DNA from: Octopus sinensis
Taxonomy: Eukaryota
Reading direction: 5' to 3'
Assembly: GCF_006345805.1 (NCBI RefSeq)
Contig: NC_043015.1
Location: forward strand, 26,164,001-26,228,000
Length of the DNA: 64,000 nt
Within the stretch, counting starts at the first letter, position 1. Each line of letters opens with the position of its first letter. The translations under genes were made by a program, and so were the position numbers. Shown here piece by piece: positions 12,944-24,989 of this stretch. Under the pieces are notes generated by a model, which worked only from the letters and a program-made list of their open reading frames with translations, was not told where the DNA came from and did no database searches.

Positions 12944-15900
12944 TCTCTCTATATATAAACGGCAGTTTGTCTGTCTGTGTGTCTGTCAGGTTGTACCCTC
13001 ACCCTGACCACGGCTTTCAACCGATTCTGATGAAACTTGACACACACATGGCCCAATGTCATAATTCAAAATTAACGCAGTGAAAAGTTTGAAAAGTTCC
13101 CCCAGTTCTGAAAAAAATCGATAAATTCGACATGGAGTCGAGAATCTAAGCTTTTTATATGCAACACATTTTCTGTCGTAGTTTTCGCAACTTGCAATCG
13201 ATTTTCACCAAACTCATGGTGAAGCTTAATGTTACCCTAAGAAACTTAATTCTGACGTTAGTTTTCCATGCAATACCTTACCATCAGAAAAGATCGATAA
13301 AATCATGCCATTTTGGGAAATCGCGTTCGAATTCAAGATTACGTATTTTCGACAATATCTTTCACAAATTGCCAGGATTTTTTTTTTAATTCACAGCGAG
13401 CATCACGTCTGCTCCAAGGAGCTATATGGCCCTTTTTATTCCAATAGGATACTTTATTACTGGAAAAAATCGGTTAATTAAATTATATGTGGCACACATA
13501 GCAAACCGATTTGTGTATTAAACACAAACCACAGACAGACTAGGGGACGCAACTCGACCTTTTTAACTCTCTTACACTCCCAAATAACTATCAAACTGCT
13601 ATCGATAATTCAACCCAACCAATTCCTACCAGGAAGAAATTACATTCGAGACTTTACCCCCAACACCGCCACTTCTGCTAATAGCTGCTGCAGCCGCAAG
13701 TTATTCGAATACTTTTTTGTTTAAACTTTCTTTATAACTACCACCCCAAACGTTTTACCTTAAATTTTTGACGTACCTTAAGGGTCCTCGGACGCTACTT
13801 GCAAACTCTTGGTTTATTATAAGCCGCTTTTGTCGTGTGCACCAAAAAACCTTTTCCATTCGTTTGTTCAGTTTGGTCACTTTTGACTTTTTCGTTGTTG
13901 TTACTCACATTGGTGCCCGCTTTTTTTGCCGTTTTTGTACATTTTTATACATTTTGGGATACTTACCCCACGTGTTCCTTTTTATTACACCTTTGCCAAA
14001 CACATTGCTATCCACCAAAATGCCACCCAAGAAGACAAGGACCCTCCTTAGCCCTCGAACGGCCAAGGCATCGGCTGCTAGGGCTAGAAGGGCACGCGAG
14101 ACCCACGAGGAAACCGCCTTGCGCCTCTCGCAAAAAACTTCCCGTTCTGCCGCTGCTCAGGCATCTGAAACTACTAGCGACCGTTCTACCCGAGTTGCAA
14201 GGGCCGCAGCGTACAGATCTTCCCTCCGCTCGAGGTTGACGAAATAGCAACAGTCCAGCCAAAGCATGCGGGCTTCTTCCTGTGCTTCCATCCGCAGAGC
14301 TCGCAAGAAACCCGAACAAAGGGCCATTCGGAATGCGGCTAACGCCACTAGCACCGCCAGGACACGATCTGTCGAAACCTCACAGCAGAGGCGAATTCGC
14401 CAAGCTGCTAACGCCGCAAACACAGCCATGGCTCGATCTGCAGAAACTCCAGACCAACGAACTATTCGGATATCCAGAGATGCCATTAACACTGCTTCTG
14501 CTAGGGCTTCAGAGGGTGCTGAGGCGAGAGCTGAAAGGCTTTCAAGGGATGCCACTGTACCGCTGTCGCACGCGCATCTCAATCTGCTGAGGCACGGCGC
14601 ACTCGACTTGAGAGTATCAACCAACGTCGGGATATCATTCGTGGTGTACGTACCCCTGCCCCCGCTTTCTGGTCGTCACTAGCATTCAACTACGACGCCA
14701 CAATTAACTTCTCCTTGCGTGACGACATCAAGATAGGGTCAATGACAATTGTATGCCAGTTTTGCAAAGCCAAGAAATGGCCCGGAGAGCCACCTGGTTT
14801 GTGCTGCTCTGGTGGCAAAATAGACCTGCCACTCCTACGGGAACCACCTCAACCACTGAAGGATCTCGAGGCGGGTTTAACCACCGAATCGTCACAATTC
14901 CTTGAACTCAACCGAAAGTACAACTGCTCATTCCAAATGACCTCTTTCGGCGCCAAACTTCCTCCTAGAGAAGGCTGGATGCCTACTTTCAAAGTGCAGG
15001 GACAAGTCTACCATCTTATTGTGTCACTTCTGCCAGACGAGATTCAGCAGTCTTCTATCCTCCAAATCTACTTCATTGCCGACTACAACCAGCAGGTTGA
15101 TGCACGCCTTGGAATAATACCGGGTACATGCTATGTTCCCCGCAAAGACGTTCTTCTCCGTCTCCAAACCATGCTTCATGATATCAACAGCTACGTCTGC
15201 AGCTTCAGGTATGCCTTGGACAGTGCTCCGTCTCCAACCTTCACCGTTGTCATTGATGCTGATAAACGACCCCACGGGGAGCACGAACGCCGTTTTCAAC
15301 GCATCTGCGTGCAACGAAATTGCCGCAGTCATACACGGAGAGCAACACAACAGCCGTGACATAATCATTTCCTCCCGTGGTAACAGCCTACGCAGGATCA
15401 GCGAGACTCACAGATCTTATGACGCGCTTCAGTATCCATTGCTTTTCCCTGATGGGAAGACGGCTACTACTTCGGAATTCCTTTACGGCAGCCCTCCAAT
15501 CAAACTACTGCGGCATCAAAGACGGTTTCCTGCAGGGCGTTCTACTCATACCGGTTCATGGTTAGGGAGGGTGAGTTCAACTTATTGCCCCGTTGTCGTC
15601 AGCTATTCAACCAGTTCGCCGTCGTCATGGCCGCCAAAATGGAATCGGAAAGGCTGCTATACATTAAGCTTAATCAGACCAAACTTCGCTCCGTCTCCTA
15701 CATTCATCTCCGTGACGGCTTGCAACAAGAAAATGACCCTCGCAACATTGGAAAGCCATGCATTCTACCCTCCACCTTCACGGGAGGACCGCGATATATG
15801 CGTGAAAGGACCCAAGACGCCTTGACCTACGTGCGCATTTACGGCCGGCCGGACCTCTTTATCACCTACACGTGCAATCCCAACTGCGACGAAATCACTC

Positions 15901-18900
15901 GCGAACTCCTCCCGGGTCAGTCTCACACCCATCGACACGACATCGTTGTTAGGGTTTTCCGTCTGAATTTGGGCAAAATGATGGATTTGATAGTTAAGGG
16001 TCACATTTTCGGGCATGTCACGTGCAAAAGAGGGGCTTGCCACATGCTCACATCTTAATTTGGCTAACTAACAAAATCGAGACGAATGACATTGACAAAT
16101 TCATTTCCGCCGAGATTCCTGACCCCGATGAGGACCCCGAACTGTAGGAAATTGTCCGCACTACCATGGTACATGGGCCCTGTGGACAAAATTACGCCAA
16201 CACACCATGCTGCAAAAACGGATTAGCCTGCTCAAAGGGATTCCCTAAATGGTTCACTTTGGAGACTCAAACAGGCGGCGATGGGTATCTGCTGTACAAA
16301 CGAAGGAGTCCAGCCAATGGAGGCCGCACGATTACGGTTGGGCGACATCAAGTGGACAACAGCTACATTGTCCCCTACTGTCCTCTCCTGTCAAAGATAT
16401 TCAAATCCCACGTCAACGTTGAGTTCTGCAGCTCCATCAGGTCAATACAATATGTCTGCAAATATAACAACAAGGGCAGCGATGCTGCCATGTTCAGCAT
16501 CCAGAGGACCACCAGTCGCGACGAAGTGTCCAACTACTTGGCAGGCCGGTACCTCAGCAGCAACGAAGCGTTTTGGCGCATTTACGGCTTCCCGCTCCAT
16601 CAGAGACACCCGGCTGTGGTGCAGCTTGCCGTACACTTGGAAAATGGACAGCGGATTTACTTCATAGAGAAAACTGCTGCGCAGGTATCCACCAACCCTA
16701 AAGACACAACGTTGACCGGTTTCTTCAAATTATGCCAACGTGATGACTTCGCTCGAACGCTTTTGTACCCCCAGGTTCCATCGTACTTCGTGTGGTATAA
16801 CAACACCTGGGTTCGACGGAAATCCGGCAAAAACGTCGAAGGCTTCCCAGGTGTCAAGTTTGACTCCTGACTGGGTCGAGTTTACAACATCCCGCCAAAC
16901 CAGCAAGAATGCTTCTACCTCCGTCTCCTTCTACATGAGGTTACTGGTCAACAGGTTTCGGCAATATACGTACCGTCAATGGGGTTCTGTGCGACACCTT
17001 CAGGGAAGCATGTCTGAGACTTGGCCTTCTAGAGGATGACTCCCAGTGGGACGCCACTATGGCAGAGGGCGCTTAACTGCAAACGCCTTCGGCCATACGA
17101 CATCTTTTCGCAATCCTTCTTCAAAAATGTCAGCTTAGTGACCCACTAAGTCTCTGGATGAAATACAGGGATGACAAGTCACAGGACTTCTTACGTACGG
17201 CTCAGCAACACTGCCCTTCCGTCGATATCACATTCACCAACTTCATTTACAATTTTGAGCTTATTCAACTCGAAGACGCAGTCATCGATATGGGTGGCTC
17301 TGCTTTAACGGAGTACAGCCTTCCACCATCCACACGTGAACACTCCAATGTTATGTCTGCTGAATTGTTACGCGAAACTTCCTACTGCATTGAGGAACTG
17401 CACCAGTACGTCCAAGCTAATGAACCACGACTGCTTCCAGACCAGCGCATAGCCTACAACACCATCGTAGACTCTGTCACACAGCAACGTAGGGGGATTT
17501 ACCTCTTGACGCACCTAGCGGCACTGGCAAAACCTTCGTCACGAAACTAATTCTGGCGGAGGTCAGACGCAACACGGACATTGCCCTGACTGTAGCTTCC
17601 TCTGGTATCGCGGCCACGTTGCTTCCGGGTGGCAGAACCGCCCACTCTGCCTTCAGACTCCCGCTCGATCTGACAAAGTCCGAGTCACCTATCTGCAACA
17701 TCGCCAAGAACTCAGAAGAGGCCGACATTCTGCGCAGATGCAAACTCATCGTATGGGACGAGTGCACTATGGCACCCAAAGGCGCCCTTGAGGCACTGGA
17801 CAGGTCCCTGCAAGACATCAGAGACTCTACGGGCCCCATGGGAGGATTGACTTTACTTCTTTCAGGAGACTTCAGGCAGACTCTACCTGTTATTCCAAAA
17901 GGAACCCGTGCCGATGCCGTGCGCGCGTGCCTTAAGTCGTCAGCTCTTTGGGCACATGTGCGGCCCTTGCACCTCCAAACTAACATGCGCACGCAGTTGA
18001 TTGGTGACAGCGGATCCGCTGCATTCTCCAGGGACCTTTTATCGCTCGGTGAAAATAGGATGCCGTTGATGCGGATGGCTGCGTTCAATTGGACTCACTT
18101 TGCACCACTGTCGACACCCCTGCTAGCCTCCGGGACGCTGTCTTCCACAACCTACAAAACAATTTACGCGACCTAAAATGGCTGGCAGGCAGAGCTATTC
18201 TCGCACCCAAAAATACAACCGTCAACTCCATCAATATCCAGTTACTTGAAGTTATTCCTGGTGATGTCCACGTCTACAAATCTATAGATAGGACAGCAGA
18301 CCCCGCCGAGCTTGCCGATTCTCCTGTTGAATTCCTGAATTCACTTGAACCGCCAGGCCTGCCGCCACACATCCTGAAGTTAAAAGTCGGTGCGCCCATT
18401 ATGCTCATCAGGAATTTGGTTCCACCTAAACAGTGCAACGGCACACGTCTGGTTGTGAAACATTTGGCACCACATTTAATAACGGCCACAATACTTACCG
18501 GTTGTGGGAAATGAGAGGACGTCTTCATTCCACGCATGCATCTTCAACCGTCGGGCGCTGACCTACCAATCCACTTCAGGCGTTCTCAGTTTCCTGTTAA
18601 ACTCTGCTTCGCAATGTCCATCAATAAATCCCAAGGCCAAACGCTACAAGTCGCTGGGTTACATTTGGGCGAACAGTGCTTCGCCCACGGTCAACTCTAC
18701 GTGGGCTGTTCACTTGTTGGGAGGCGCAATGATGTTTTCATGTTTTTGCTCAAAGGGACAGCTAGGAACATCGTATACACAGAAGTATTCGAGTGAAGAG
18801 AAGACATTGCAACCTACACATGCGCCTTCGTTCCCTAGAGGGAAAGGACTAGATTGGGATTAGTCGTTGCCTACTAGGTGCTCTTACATACCCGGGGATC

Positions 18901-18918
18901 GCCGGGCTATGCTGCTAG
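12944..18918 (+). mobile_element. Full-length Helitron (autonomous type, decayed)
   Basis: 5' A|TC at 12943/12944, 3' hairpin cccggggatcgccggg (18891-18906), CTAG|T at 18915-18919, no TSD. Encloses a RepHel coding region. Confidence 0.95.
14020..18796 (+). pseudogene. Helitron Rep/PIF1-helicase (RepHel), disrupted by several frameshifts and stops
   Basis: N-terminal RxxETxxQR repeats; zinc motif CQFC..CCSGG; Rep motifs YGRPDLFITYTCNP, KRG/LPHAHILIW (HUH, ~16030) and YVCKY; helicase motifs LDAPSGTGKT (~17505), WDE, GDFRQTLPV, CNGTRL, FAMSINKSQGQTL, HGQLYVG. Confidence 0.95.
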
Positions 18919-19265
18919 TTATGAATTAAATGGTAGATTTACCAAGCATGAGATGATTTTTTTAAAAACAAGAGCAAAACAAATGAAAAAAGATTTTATA
19001 ATATAAGGCGTAGAGGTGGGTATTGATACGGAAGTCATGGCCATTCCAAATGAAAGCGATATCTTTAAAATGTTTGGAATCGCTGATTTATACAGAAAAC
19101 ACATATACAGTGAAAGCAGGTGAGAGGTGAAACGCGTCTGTTCAGCGACCCGTTCGATTAGGAGTGGTCTGTCTTTGGTAGATTTACATACATATGGCGT
19201 TGATTTCTTTTCACGATGTTCCATTTAATTAAATGTGCTATGAAGTTGGTCTTCAGATCTTACAT

Positions 19266-19446
19266 ATGGCTAGCCAACTTTGTGGCTTTATTTTCGTCCA
19301 TGTTTCAGAAAGAAGTCTTGTGGTTTGCATAACTGCTTTTAAAATTGCCTTCACATAAACTGACGTAATTCTAAAAGAATACACGCCAGGCACCAGTCTT
19401 TTTCCGATATGTAGACAAAAATAAAGCCACAAAGTTGGCTAGCCAT
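19266..19446. repeat. 33-bp inverted repeat with ~115-bp spacer
   Basis: atggctagccaactttgtggctttattttcgtc (19266-19298) versus gacaaaaataaagccacaaagttggctagccat (19414-19446). Confidence 0.8.
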
Positions 19447-19866
19447 TTATGGGATCGATGCATGAAAATACATCGTGAGCATATTTAAGAAATCATTTCG
19501 AAGAGTTAAATGTCAGAATAACAAGCGACGAATATAATATGACAATATATTTTGGAATACCACAGTTAAACATTTCCATTTGTCAACTTGTTTATTCCCG
19601 GTTTATTTTGGAAATCAAATTCTCAACATTTTCGTGTGGAAATCAATTATATATTGGCGCTTCCTCTCTACCATCGTTTCATACGCTACCACGCACATAT
19701 ATATTCACACTTAAAGATATATACACGTAAAGATCTCTCAGAAACACACACACACACATAAACACGCACACAGACACACACACACAAACACATACACACG
19801 CACACACATGTATATATATATATATACATATATACATGCATGCATACACACATACATGCACATACA

Positions 19867-20420
19867 TGGTGGCTGCCCCCTCGTTACCGAGTATGGCCAT
19901 TGCACGAAGCTTAATCAATGTTGTTATCGTGCAATACCTGTGCAAGAAGATTTTTTTAAAGTGAGGAAAGGCTGTGCACTGAGTCAATCCCACTCACTAA
20001 TCAACAGCAGCCATAATCCGAAAAGAAGAACAAGTCAACATCATCGGTAACCACTGAGCCGCAGGTTTTATGTCGGAGTTATCCCAGTTACCTGAGTTAC
20101 CTTCTCCTAGAAGGATACCCTAACGAAGGCTAGGAGTCCTTCACTCCCAATGGTTTAACCGCGCGATCGGGTATTCAGTCCGATTATTTCTATGTCCCTG
20201 CGCATGATACATCCTTAAGATATTTATTGGATGGTCGTTCACTCTCAAGAGTTCCTCCGCCCTTTGACGAGTTTTGTTTTTCATCCCGCACGGTGTCCAA
20301 TAAACACCCTCCTCACCAAGCAAGCTTGGCGGGGTTGCCGGTTTAGTCGCCGACGACCCGACCATGCAATAGGTTGTACTGGGTTACATGTTACCAGTAG
20401 CACTCGAAAGTGGCCTGACA
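19867..20420 (-). mobile_element. GC-richer interspersed repeat, probably an RTE-type 5' UTR or RTE-derived non-autonomous element
   Basis: Bounded by (CATA)n tracts; minus strand has ctagccttcgttagggtatccttctaggagaaggtaactc, resembling a motif recalled from RTE 5' UTRs. Confidence 0.4.
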
Positions 20421-21239
20421 TAAACATGCACATACATACATACATACATACATACATACATACATACATACATACATACATACATACACACATACGTACA
20501 TACGTACATACATACATACAAATTCAATAGATTATAGTTTCAAGCCATGAACGAAACTGTAAAACCTTCTAAAACTTTCAAGCAGATTAGCATTTAAGTA
20601 TATATGTTCATTTCTAGACATGCAACTATATGTCTACATACAAGAGAAAACCAGTATTCTGCAGTATTCCTGAATTTGATAAGCCTACCATTTACAACAT
20701 AAATGCACGTGACTGTTGAGGGTGTCACCTGTGCATGGTGACATTCATGCCAAAATCATCACTACCTCCAGCGCCGCCGCCGCCACCACTACCATCACCA
20801 CCACTACTAGCAAAACCTAATCCACACTCACACAACAGTTTGGTCAGAAACCCTAACACGAACAACATTTAAACATCATCAACTACATTGCCACGAAAAC
20901 AGCTATGAAAGAACTAATGGAATACATACACAACTATACTCATCACATTTCATCATATCGCAACCAACATACCTACGCACAAAAATCACACAAATAGCAT
21001 AAAACACAGAGAACACATTAAGAAAAGAAATAACCGGACAGGGAAGAAAATTTTGTGAAAAACGTTGAGAGAAAAACTTGCAAAGAACTACTTGTGGAAA
21101 AGCTAATATATAACCAGAGGGTTGTAACGCCTATCCCCGTTCCTCATAAAACTGCTCTATGTATCTCTCTCCTCTTCTCCCACTATTTCATTGTCCAACA
21201 TGACCTTGCTCAGAAAAGGCAATATAGCTATACGTAGCA

Positions 21240-22580
21240 CGGGTCACCTTGAAGTCACCTACTCAGTGACCTCGGGCCACAAAGTTTAGATTTCGTGGCT
21301 ATCAGTGATGTCATACTCTCCAACCGACAATCTTTCATACTAATTTCTGCGGGATACGAGATTTACATATCTCCATGATAACGCGGAATGGGTGGTGTAG
21401 TACTGGAGTGGTCTTAATCAATATAAGGGTCATCGTCCTGTATCGAAAAGGTAAGTTACTGGTCCTGCGCTTGAACAGTAGCGCCGGGCGAGCTTTCAGA
21501 CGAGTGACTCTTTATGTTCCGACAGAGAGAGAAGAGCTGGATTTTTTCAGATATCTGGAAGTTCTCTTGAGAACGTCTCGACCTTTAGTGTTAATGGGTG
21601 ACCGGGATGCCATCTTGAGCGCACGCTTAGATTGGTGGGCATCGACAAAACACATCGGGCACTCTTAGTTGTATGAAGATAGATGAACCTATAGGCCACC
21701 AGCTAAGGATAGTATAATTAGTACAATTTTTAAAACCTACTGCTACACAGAACACGAATTTGCGAACTTCACAGTCGACTTCGACAGATTTAGTACGCAG
21801 GAACCCGGTTACTGGAAGCTGCACGCATCAGGCCCAGCGTGCCAAATTTACAGAGACCAAATTAGCAAATTAGATGGGGTCCATCGACAACAAATGGAGT
21901 TCTGCTTGAAAAGGGCAATTAGAATAGAATCAATAAGTTTTATAAATGAATATTCTGCAAGTCCATAAAATGAGAATGGATAATTGGTCAGAATTCAAAT
22001 TTTAGCCTAGGTTGATAGTAGAAATGGTGGTGTTAGTAATCGAAGAAATGATTGGTGATGCAGAAATGAGCGCCACCCCAAGCAGACACAAAACAACAAC
22101 ATCCACCTCATGCGGTACAAGATGGTCAAAGAAGTTAGCATAGGTTGGGATCCGATCAGTCTAACGCTTTCGACAAGGTCAACTATAATAGTTGATGGCC
22201 GTTCTCCTGCCGGCCGGCAATATACAGCGATATCTGCTCGGTAGTTCCGGTGAATGTTTATCGACCATAACCATTCGGCATCTTGCTCTGGGTCGGTGAA
22301 GGGTGTCTTTTCTCGTCTCTTTTGTATGTACTGGTTCTATAGCCACTGCTGCGGAAATTGGAGGCATTGAGAGGCGTCCTGTGTAAAGTAGGATGTGGAA
22401 GAACTCTGCTGCCATACGCAGACGGCCTCTCCGTTAATATGTCGAATGCCAGTTACTTAGACCTGGTTGGTACTTCTCTAAAAACACATGAGGTAGCAAC
22501 AGGACCAATACTTAACCAAGGAAAATTAGGGGGTCTGAGGCACGGGACATGGAGAGGCATATCCACGCCGTCCAATAACG
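21240..22580 (+). mobile_element. Heavily decayed, internally deleted Tx1-clade LINE ORF2 relic
   Basis: APE-like GKLLVL..FRRVTLYVP..LDFFRYLEVLL..LVLMGDRDAILSARLD; ccggttactggaagctg (PGYWKL); ttgtatgtactggttctatagccactgctgcggaaattggag parallels LYVLALEPLLRKLE at ~26930. Confidence 0.75.
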
Positions 22581-22789
22581 ACATTATATATATATACATA
22601 ATTCTTATACAAGTAAAAAAATGTTGTTCACAGTGTACTGTATAATTCGTATACGGTACAAGAATATTGTTCACAAATTTTCGGTCAGCTAAGCAACAGT
22701 CAACAATATTCTTGTATAAGAATGATAAATTTGTACGCTACTAAACTATATAGTAACCCATCGGATTGATGTAAAATTGTTTTATTATA

Positions 22790-23211
22790 ACGTAAAGTGT
22801 ACTAGCCATCTGAATGTGGCTAGCCACTGGGGGTGGAATGTTACTGATGCTTTTAGCCCCAGGAGATCAACGTCACCAGCTGGCCTTAGACACAAAATTT
22901 CAGTGCTCTTGTGTTATTTGCAAAGGCAGGTCATCCTCCCTCGAAAACCTAAGTGATACATACGGACTATAGTTTCAAGGTAATTGCCTCTCGTCAACGC
23001 ATGGTAAACACCGGTTTTCGATGAAGGAGACTTTTACAAATTTAGAAAAACTGATGGCTAGTACACTTTACGTTGTCGAGCGGTTACTGTTTATATCTCG
23101 TTCAAGGATTTATTAATGCTTTCAGACAATTTTTCTAAATCAGTGACAGTGGTTGCTGTGAAAAACGTTAAATATTATTATTTGTAAAGGTCTCCTTCAT
23201 CGAAAACCGGT
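22790..23211. repeat. Two interlocking inverted repeats (fold-back repeat relic)
   Basis: 22790-22810 pairs with 23053-23073; 23008-23041 pairs with 23179-23212. The left part resembles 53743-53820. Confidence 0.7.
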
Positions 23212-23484
23212 GACTTTTGAATTTTTCCTCGGAAGTATACCAAATATTTTTCTGTTGCTGCAAATCGTTGTGCGAGTTCGTTTCCGTTTGTCTACTTTGT
23301 CGTGTTACACGTAATATCATTGTTGAACTGTTTTTGACCCAGTAAATTTCGCCCTTCCGGGTAGAAAATTTCTGTGTGTTTTTTTGTATAGGTTATTTTT
23401 GAAAAAAATTCTCTTGTCATTTGTGACAAGTTTGTGTTGTCTAATATGGAATTAGACTTAAGTTCATAAAAAGACTTTCCCGAC

Positions 23485-24967
23485 ATGGGAGAAAGTATAA
23501 CAACTGTTAAACAAAAGGAAACACAGGCAAAACCCAGTTTTTCAGACGCCGTAGGTGGCGAAGTCGAAGAAATGGAAGTGTCAATGGAAAGACTATTCAA
23601 GTTCTGACCGCTGGTGCAAAAAAGTGGTGAAGAAACACGATTGGTACCGCCCCCCGAAACTATACAGGCAATAAAGTAAAAAATGGTCACCTACAAGGTG
23701 TACAATATTAAAGAAAAACGAATGACCGACGTAAAAAACGAAATGGTCGAAAAGTGTATGGCTCCAATATGGAGTAAAGTTAGTCATGTCAACCGAGGTG
23801 CAAGAAGCGCTACAGTGGAGGCGCATTTTGAGACGGTGGAAGTAGCAAGGCAAATTTCGACACAAACGTTGAAAAACGAGAATATAATACTGCTACCCTT
23901 ATATTTAGGATGCAGAACCGCAAAAGTGTCCCTAGAAGATATACCAACGGGCTACGACGTGATGTGGGCGGCAACAGCGGTCATTTTTGATGTTGAATCA
24001 AAATTGACAATGTTGAGTATGAAGAGGAATATTGCAAAACACTGGAGAGGCCAGCAACTGGAGATGATAATCCAGGCGGAAAATGCGACGTTGGAAAGCC
24101 TACCAGACAGAGTCTTCGTGGGGGAGGGGCAATCCATACGAGTTTCGGTGGAAGGACGCAGGCCCAGATGTTTTAAGTGCGGGCAAAAGGGCCAAGTTCG
24201 CTCCGTTTGCACAAAAAAAATAATACGGGCAACGCCACCCCCCACACACACACACAAAACGCTGTGAAGAACGCAGAAAGCAGCAAAGTGGAGAACAAAG
24301 TAACGGCTGGCGAAAGCAAAGAGGAAAAAATAAACAGGTCGAACTCCAAAAAGGAGGAAGACAAGAACGAAAAGCAAAATGAGAAAGGAAAGGAGGAGGA
24401 AATTAATACAACAAAAACAAATATACAAGAAGACATGGAATTCACGAACGTGTCGAATAAAAGGAAAAAAATCCATCACCCCTGACTCCCCACCCGTATC
24501 AAAAAAAAAAAAACAACGCAGTCGAACAAATTAAAAATATTCTCCAATCCCACTCCGGCGGTACTACACTTATAGGCCAGCACTTTAACAAACCCCACCC
24601 CCCAACTGTAAAAGGGTTTAAACCCAATGAAAAAATTATTGCATACACCACAAAGAACGTGAGAGTATCAACATGGGTGCAAGTAAGTACGCTGATCAGG
24701 TGCTACAAAGCGACCGAGAAGGAAGCGGAGTGGCGATATGGAAGGGTCGGCGAAGAAGGATGGAAAGACAAAACCTTACAAAGCCACGTAAAAGCTGGCT
24801 TCATTAAGGATGTCACCCATGAGGTGATAACTGGGAAATTACACGTCAGCCCGGCAGCCACACCAACCCAGAGCCCGGTGGCAACGCCGGTGAAACACCC
24901 AGCAGCAACGGCGAGTGGGGGGGAGACAGGCAGAAAGAATCTGTCAGGCTCCCTCTCGCAACCGTGA
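23485..24967 (+). pseudogene. Tx1 ORF1 (gag-like nucleic-acid chaperone), disrupted
   Basis: ATG 23485 is in frame with ORF 23683-24267 across stops; knuckle CFKCGQKGQVRSVC (His replaced by Gln); K/E-rich tail in a shifted frame. Confidence 0.75.
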
Positions 24968-24989
24968 GTAAATAATTTTCTTTTTCTCG

